The position numbers were made by a program, and so were the translations under genes. From Acidobacteriota bacterium (lineage in GTDB: Bacteria; Acidobacteriota; Blastocatellia; RBC074), in the NCBI GenBank assembly GCA_016789605.1, contig JAEUQO010000289.1, positions 8,861 to 72,860 of the forward strand: a DNA stretch of 64,000 bases, given 5' to 3'. Positions 58,855 through 64,000 of this stretch are shown here, one piece after another. Below the pieces are notes generated by a model, which had not been told where the DNA came from, ran no database searches, and saw only the letters and a program-made list of their open reading frames with translations. Every line of letters begins with the position of its first letter. Position 1 is the first letter of the stretch.

Positions 58855-60084
58855 ATGTCATCCGCAGGAAAGTTAGCAATTCTGGTCGGGGGCGGACCTG
58901 CGCCCGGCATCAATTCGGTTATTGGCTCGGCGACGATCAAAGCGATCAACGAAGGCTTTGAGGTGATCGGCGTGCAGGATGGGTTCAAGTGGTTGGTGAA
59001 GCGCGATACTTCGCATGCTCGCCGCCTGACAATTGACGATGTGTCGCGCATTCATTTGCGTGGCGGTTCGATGCTCGGCACGGCGCGCGAAAATCCGACC
59101 AAATCCGAAGAATCCATGAAAGCCGTCGTGGATACGCTCAAGGAATTGGGTGTGACGCACCTGGTCACCATCGGTGGCGACGATACCGCGCTTTCGTCGA
59201 GCACAGTCGCGGCGCGCTCAGACATTCACACGGTGCACGTGCCCAAAACGATTGATAACGATTTGCCGTTGCCCGCGCACATTCCGACCTTCGGCTTTCA
59301 GTCTGCGCGTCACGTGGGCGTCGAACTCGTGCAGAATCTGATGGAAGACGCGCGCGCAACGCGGCGTTGGTACATTGTGGTTGCGATGGGACGCCAGGCT
59401 GGCCATCTCGCGCTGGGCATTGGCAAAGCCGCAGGCGCAACCTTGACGCTCATTCGCGAAGAGTTCACAGCGCCGACGGTCAAATTCTCGCAAATTTGCG
59501 ACATCATCGAAGGCGCAATCATCAAGCGCCGCGCGCAAGGCCGTCAGTATGGCGTGGCCGTGCTGGCCGAGGGCTTGATCGAAAAGCTCGACCCGAGCGA
59601 TATGGATGATCTGATGGACGTGGAAAAAGACGACCACGGCCACATTCGTTTCGCTGAAATTGATCTGGCGCGCAAAGTCAAAGTCGAATTGGAAGGCCGG
59701 TTCCGGCAGCGCGGCATCCGTTTGCCGATCAGCAACAAAAACATCGGCTATGAATTGCGTTGCTGTGATCCGATCCCGTTTGACATGCATTATTGCCGCG
59801 AGCTGGGCAACGCGGCGATCCGGTTTTTGGTTTCAGGCGGCAGCGGTGCGATGGTCAGCGTTCAAAACGGACAACTGGTGCCGTTGTTGTTTGAAGACAT
59901 CCGCGATCCAAGCACGGGCAAAACGCGGGTTCGCAACGTAGACCCGGCCAGCGAAAACTATCGCGTCGCACGCGGATACATGCTGCGCCTGGATTACAAA
60001 GACTTCGAAAACTCTGGCTGGGCAGAGAAGCTGGCGCAAGCGGGCAATCTGACGCTCGATGAATTGAAACGAAAATTCGCCTGA
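58855..60084 (+). CDS. pfp: 6-phosphofructokinase, PPi-dependent type (paralog 1)
   Basis: GGGPAPGIN, GGSMLGT.R, GGDD, PKTIDND, MGR and GYELR motifs. Confidence 0.88.
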   Translation: MSSAGKLAILVGGGPAPGINSVIGSATIKAINEGFEVIGVQDGFKWLVKRDTSHARRLTIDDVSRIHLRGGSMLGTARENPTKSEESMKAVVDTLKELGVTHLVTIGGDDTALSSSTVAARSDIHTVHVPKTIDNDLPLPAHIPTFGFQSARHVGVELVQNLMEDARATRRWYIVVAMGRQAGHLALGIGKAAGATLTLIREEFTAPTVKFSQICDIIEGAIIKRRAQGRQYGVAVLAEGLIEKLDPSDMDDLMDVEKDDHGHIRFAEIDLARKVKVELEGRFRQRGIRLPISNKNIGYELRCCDPIPFDMHYCRELGNAAIRFLVSGGSGAMVSVQNGQLVPLLFEDIRDPSTGKTRVRNVDPASENYRVARGYMLRLDYKDFENSGWAEKLAQAGNLTLDELKRKFA

Positions 60085-60173
60085 CGTGGCGGCTGTGTGT
60101 CAGCAAACGTGGGAAGGCGAAATCCTGGAGCAAGCTTCAGGACTTAAGATTTCAGAGATGAGATTCAAAGGTT

Positions 60174-61418
60174 ATGGCAATTAAGAAACTTGGCATTTTG
60201 GTGGGCGGAGGCCCTGCGCCCGGCGTCAACGGCGTGATTTCTGCTGTCGCTCTCGAAGCATTGGATGGTGGTTGTACGGCAGTGGGATTCCACGATGGTT
60301 TTGAATGGTTGGCGCAACGATACACCGACGAACAGCACGAACTGACGCACGACGAAGTTTCGCGCATTCACCTGGATGGCGGTTGTCTGCTGGGCACTTC
60401 GCGTACGGCTGTTGCGCACGATGAGGCGGCATTGGAAAACGCCCTGGCGGCCTTGAAGAAGCTGGAAATCGAAGGGCTGATTACCATCGGCGGCGACGAT
60501 TTGGTGGCCAGTTCCGTAGCTATTGGGCAGAAATCCGGCGGCGCGATCAAAGTCGTGCAGATTCCGAAAAGCATTGATAACGATTTGGGATTGCCGCAAG
60601 AGTTGACCACGCTGGGGTATGAAACTGCGCGTCACGTCGGCGTTGGCATTGTCAAAAGTTTGATGGAAGACGCCAAAACCACTGGCCGTTGGTACATCGG
60701 CGTGACGATGGGACGTCCGACCGGGCATCTGACGCTGGGCATCGGTGCGGCGGCCAGCGCGACTTGCACGATCATTCCCGAAGAGTTTCCGCAAGAGACC
60801 ATCTCGCTGAGCGACATTTGCGACATCGTCGAAGGCACCATCATCAAACGTCGCGCGATGGGCAAGGGCTATGGCGTTGTGTTGCTGTCAGAAGCCCTGG
60901 CGGAACGCTTCAGCCTGGAAGAAGTGAAGGACCTGGAAGATGTGGATCGTGATGCGCAAGGTCACATTCGCGTGGCCGAAATTGACCTGGGCCGCAAAGT
61001 GAAAAGCGAAGTGCAGGCGCGTCTGGAAAGCCGCGGCGTCAAAGTCACCATTGTGGATAAAACGATTGGTTATGAATTGCGTTGCGCCCCGCCGATTCCT
61101 TACGACGGCGAACACGCACGCGATTTGGGCTATGCCGCAGTGAAGTATTTGCAGGCGGGCGGCAGCGGCGCATTGATCACCATGCAAAATGGCGAATTCA
61201 CGCCAGTGCCGTTTGAAGATTTGCTTGATCCGCAAACCGGCAAAGGCAAACAGCGTTTTGTGGACGTGAGCAACGAAAGCTATCAAGTGGCGCGTGATTA
61301 CATGGTACGGCTGAAGCCAAGCGATTTTACGGATGCCGACTGGCTGGACAGATTGGCCAAAGCGGCCAATCTGTCGCCGACTGAATTCCGCGCGCACTTT
61401 GGCAAATTTGCGGCGTAA
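60174..61418 (+). CDS. pfp: 6-phosphofructokinase, PPi-dependent type (paralog 2)
   Basis: GGGPAPGVN, GGCLLGTSR, GGDD, PKSIDND, MGR and GYELR motifs. Confidence 0.88.
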   Translation: MAIKKLGILVGGGPAPGVNGVISAVALEALDGGCTAVGFHDGFEWLAQRYTDEQHELTHDEVSRIHLDGGCLLGTSRTAVAHDEAALENALAALKKLEIEGLITIGGDDLVASSVAIGQKSGGAIKVVQIPKSIDNDLGLPQELTTLGYETARHVGVGIVKSLMEDAKTTGRWYIGVTMGRPTGHLTLGIGAAASATCTIIPEEFPQETISLSDICDIVEGTIIKRRAMGKGYGVVLLSEALAERFSLEEVKDLEDVDRDAQGHIRVAEIDLGRKVKSEVQARLESRGVKVTIVDKTIGYELRCAPPIPYDGEHARDLGYAAVKYLQAGGSGALITMQNGEFTPVPFEDLLDPQTGKGKQRFVDVSNESYQVARDYMVRLKPSDFTDADWLDRLAKAANLSPTEFRAHFGKFAA

Positions 61419-61453
61419 GACCGCGCGCAGTTTCTGAGATGTGCTGCGTAAAC

Positions 61454-61510
61454 GCAGTCAGCCGTCAGGTTTCAATCCTTACTACAGATTGACTCCTGAC
61501 GGCTGACTGC
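61454..61510. repeat. Long REP-like palindrome / terminator between convergent genes
   Basis: Perfect 16-bp arms GCAGTCAGCCGTCAGG / CCTGACGGCTGACTGC plus an inner TCAATC/GATTGA pair. Confidence 0.75.
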
Positions 61511-61726
61511 TTCGGTCGAGTTTCCGTCTCCGCGCCGCCAGAATCAGCGACACGTTCCTGGCAGCATCAAAGAGCGCTCAAGCGTTTGCGCGGTAGGCGC
61601 TTGAGGAAGGCACGAGACGTGGCTCGCCCAAACTTGGGAAGGTGAAGGGCAAAGAAGACGTCGCTCCCTGTCCCTGTTCAAATACTCCTTTATCCTTCAC
61701 GCTTCGCCACTGAAAAAGTGAAACCG

Positions 61727-62143
61727 TCAATTGTTGCGACGGCGTTGTTTGAGCTCTTCTTTCGACAGGATTCCGTCGTTGTTGGCGTCGAATCTGGCAA
61801 ACGCTTCCGGATTGCCTTTCCATTCTTCGCGCACAATCTGACCATCGTGGTTGGCGTCCATTTGTTTCAGCTTTTCGCGCCCGGCACGACCCGCTTTCAT
61901 CGCTTCGCGCTGTGACAACTGGCCGTCGTTGTTCTTGTCCACCTTGTCAAAAATTTGCGGATTGCCTTTCCATTCTTCACGCGAAATCTGCCCATCTTGA
62001 TTGGTATCCATTTGTTTCATGCGCTCGCGCGCCTGCCGCTTGTTTCCTGGATTTTGGCCTGTCGGCGCAGGCGTTTGCGCCGCAGCCCCCGACACCAGCA
62101 AAATAGCGAACAAGCAAACGGCAAAGAGAGACGATCGTTTCAT
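61727..62143 (-). CDS. Secreted EF-hand (calcium-binding) protein
   Basis: Signal peptide and four DxNxDG...E loops in two direct repeats. GGAGGT RBS. Confidence 0.88.
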   Translation of the reverse strand: MKRSSLFAVCLFAILLVSGAAAQTPAPTGQNPGNKRQARERMKQMDTNQDGQISREEWKGNPQIFDKVDKNNDGQLSQREAMKAGRAGREKLKQMDANHDGQIVREEWKGNPEAFARFDANNDGILSKEELKQRRRNN

Positions 62144-62272
62144 TTTGTACTTACCTCCCAGGTTGTAAATTCCTCTGTGTTGATCCTGCTAGGGATCAAT
62201 CGTATTGTCAGCGTCAACTATGCGTGCTCTTAGAGGAGAAGGTTGTCGGGAAAGTCGAAAAATTTAGACGCC

Positions 62273-63196
62273 ATGGAAAAAAATCTTGAGACGAGCTTCG
62301 CCATCGAGGCGGAGAATTTACAAAAATCGTATGGCGAATTGCGCGCGGTGGATGGGGTCAGTTTTGATGTGCGTTATGGCGAAGCGTTTGGTTTGTTGGG
62401 GCCGAATGGCGCAGGCAAATCCACGATGATGCGCATGATTTACTGCCGCACGCCGCTGACCGCCGGTTCGTTGCGTGTGGTGGGGCTGGACGTTACCAAA
62501 GACCCGCGCGCGATCAAGGCGCGTGTTGGTGTGGTGCCGCAGGAAAACAACTTCGACCCGGATTTGAACGTGCGCGACAATCTGTTGGTCTATGCGCGTT
62601 ACTTTCGCATTCCACGCCCCGACGCGGAACAGCGTGCCGATGAATTGATCGCATTCGCGGGATTGCAAGACAAACGCCATGTGCGCATTGATGAATTGTC
62701 CGGCGGAATGAAACGGCGTTTGATGATTGCGCGTGCGCTGTTGAATGATCCCACAATATTGATTCTGGACGAACCGACGACGGGACTGGACCCACACGTG
62801 CGCTATGCGTTGTGGGAAAAGTTGCGCGAATTGCGCGGCAAAGGGCTGACGATTCTGCTTTCGACGCATTACATGGACGAAGCGGAAAAGCTTTGCGACC
62901 GGTTGCTGATCGTGGATCAAGGCAAGATTTTGGTTCGTGGGACGCCGCGACAATTGATTGAGGAACACGCGCGACATTTTGCGCTGGAAGCTCGCGGTTG
63001 CAATGGACGCCCGTTACACGATCACATACCGCACGTCATTGCGGAACGTCGCGGGTCAACGCATTTTTACTTTGCCGCTTCTTCTGAAGAGCTGGCTCCG
63101 CTCTTACATCATTACGAAGATTGCGAAACCTATCTGCGGCCTTCAAATCTGGAAGATGTCTTTTTACGGCTGACAGATCGCAACAGTCTGACCTGA
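62273..63196 (+). CDS. ABC transporter ATP-binding protein (NodI/DrrA-like)
   Basis: GPNGAGKST, LSGGMKRR and ILDEPT motifs. Confidence 0.9.
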   Translation: MEKNLETSFAIEAENLQKSYGELRAVDGVSFDVRYGEAFGLLGPNGAGKSTMMRMIYCRTPLTAGSLRVVGLDVTKDPRAIKARVGVVPQENNFDPDLNVRDNLLVYARYFRIPRPDAEQRADELIAFAGLQDKRHVRIDELSGGMKRRLMIARALLNDPTILILDEPTTGLDPHVRYALWEKLRELRGKGLTILLSTHYMDEAEKLCDRLLIVDQGKILVRGTPRQLIEEHARHFALEARGCNGRPLHDHIPHVIAERRGSTHFYFAASSEELAPLLHHYEDCETYLRPSNLEDVFLRLTDRNSLT

Positions 63197-63217
63197 GGCT
63201 GCGGTCTCAAACAAATT

Positions 63218-64000
63218 ATGAGTGAACAGGAACAACGACAAACGGCTCCACGGTTGGAAGTGGTTGCTGACTCGATGAAGCGCGATTGGGATGACCGCGC
63301 GCGCGGAGACGCCAAGTGGTTTATCAACACGTTGCGTTTGCAGCAAAGCGAAGAAGAGTTTGATCAGAGCGGGCGCGTGGAAGTCGAGCGCCTGGTGTTG
63401 GCGGAACTGCCGCTGTTGACCTGGGGACGTGCGCCGCAATCCTTGCGCGTGCTCGAAATCGGCTGTGGCGCTGGCCGCATGACCAAACACCTGGCGCAAG
63501 TGTTTGGAGACATCACCGGCGTAGACGTTTCGGGAGAGATGATTCGCCAAGCCCAAAACCGATTGGCAGGACAGGCGAACGTACATCTTTACGAAACCAA
63601 CGGCGTGGATTTTCGCGCATTGCCAGATGCGTCTTTTGATCTGATTTTGTCGGCGTTCGTCTTTCAACACGTACCCAGCGCAGAAGTTATCGCTTCAAAT
63701 TTGCGCGAAGCCTGGCGCGTGCTTGCGCCGGGGGGCGTTTGCAAGTTTCAGACAAGCAGCATTGTGACGTCTGACTTTGATCAGCTTGCCAAAGATACCT
63801 GGAGCGGCGCGTCTTTCCCCGAAAGCGCCTTGCGCGAATTCGCACGCAGCGTTGGCGCACAATTGATCAGTATTTTCGGTGCGGGCACGCAGTATTGCTG
63901 GACAACGATGCGCAAACCTGTCACGCCGGTTTTAGCGAACGCACGCGTTGCGCCTGTGATCGAATATTTCGGCTGTACCTTTGACGCGCAAGACAAACAG
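63218..64000 (+). CDS. Class I SAM-dependent methyltransferase; partial (runs off the window)
   Basis: Not in the ORF track. Open frame from ATG 63218: MKRDWDDRAR...VLEIGCGAGRM...GVDVSGEM...FDLILSAFVFQHVP...LAPGG, with no stop before 64000. Confidence 0.85.
   Translation, partial: MSEQEQRQTAPRLEVVADSMKRDWDDRARGDAKWFINTLRLQQSEEEFDQSGRVEVERLVLAELPLLTWGRAPQSLRVLEIGCGAGRMTKHLAQVFGDITGVDVSGEMIRQAQNRLAGQANVHLYETNGVDFRALPDASFDLILSAFVFQHVPSAEVIASNLREAWRVLAPGGVCKFQTSSIVTSDFDQLAKDTWSGASFPESALREFARSVGAQLISIFGAGTQYCWTTMRKPVTPVLANARVAPVIEYFGCTFDAQDKQ

Overview
This is a 64 kb, gene-dense bacterial chromosomal window. An Acidobacteriota origin (possibly Blastocatellia) is inferred from a TIGR03437-like C-terminal domain, two very large carboxypeptidase-regulatory-like/Oar-type TonB-dependent receptors and several stand-alone carboxypeptidase-regulatory-like proteins. 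The core genes are an S46 peptidase, a gntK-tal/pgi-pgl sugar cluster, queE-queC, a DinG/YoaA helicase, a tolQRA-(GNAT)-tolB-pal-cpoB operon, a stand-alone atpDC, a Gld-like ABC system with DUF4340 and two tandem PPi-type phosphofructokinases. Three things stand out. (1) An apparently AT-richer accessory block at 39.7-53.5 kb encodes a membrane Ser/Thr kinase with an extracytoplasmic DUF4384-like domain, a TonB-dependent receptor, a TPR-CHAT protease with a signal-like N-terminus and a secreted DUF4384-like protein. (2) One operon joins a tetraheme cytochrome c3 and a TPR protein to a class II cAMP phosphodiesterase and an FHA-GAF adenylate cyclase. (3) An element of about 105 bp occurs twice, and its differences largely preserve a plus-strand RNA-type fold. 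I saw no rRNA, tRNA, CRISPR array, transposase or integrase. All family assignments come from motifs recognised by eye, and no database searches were run.
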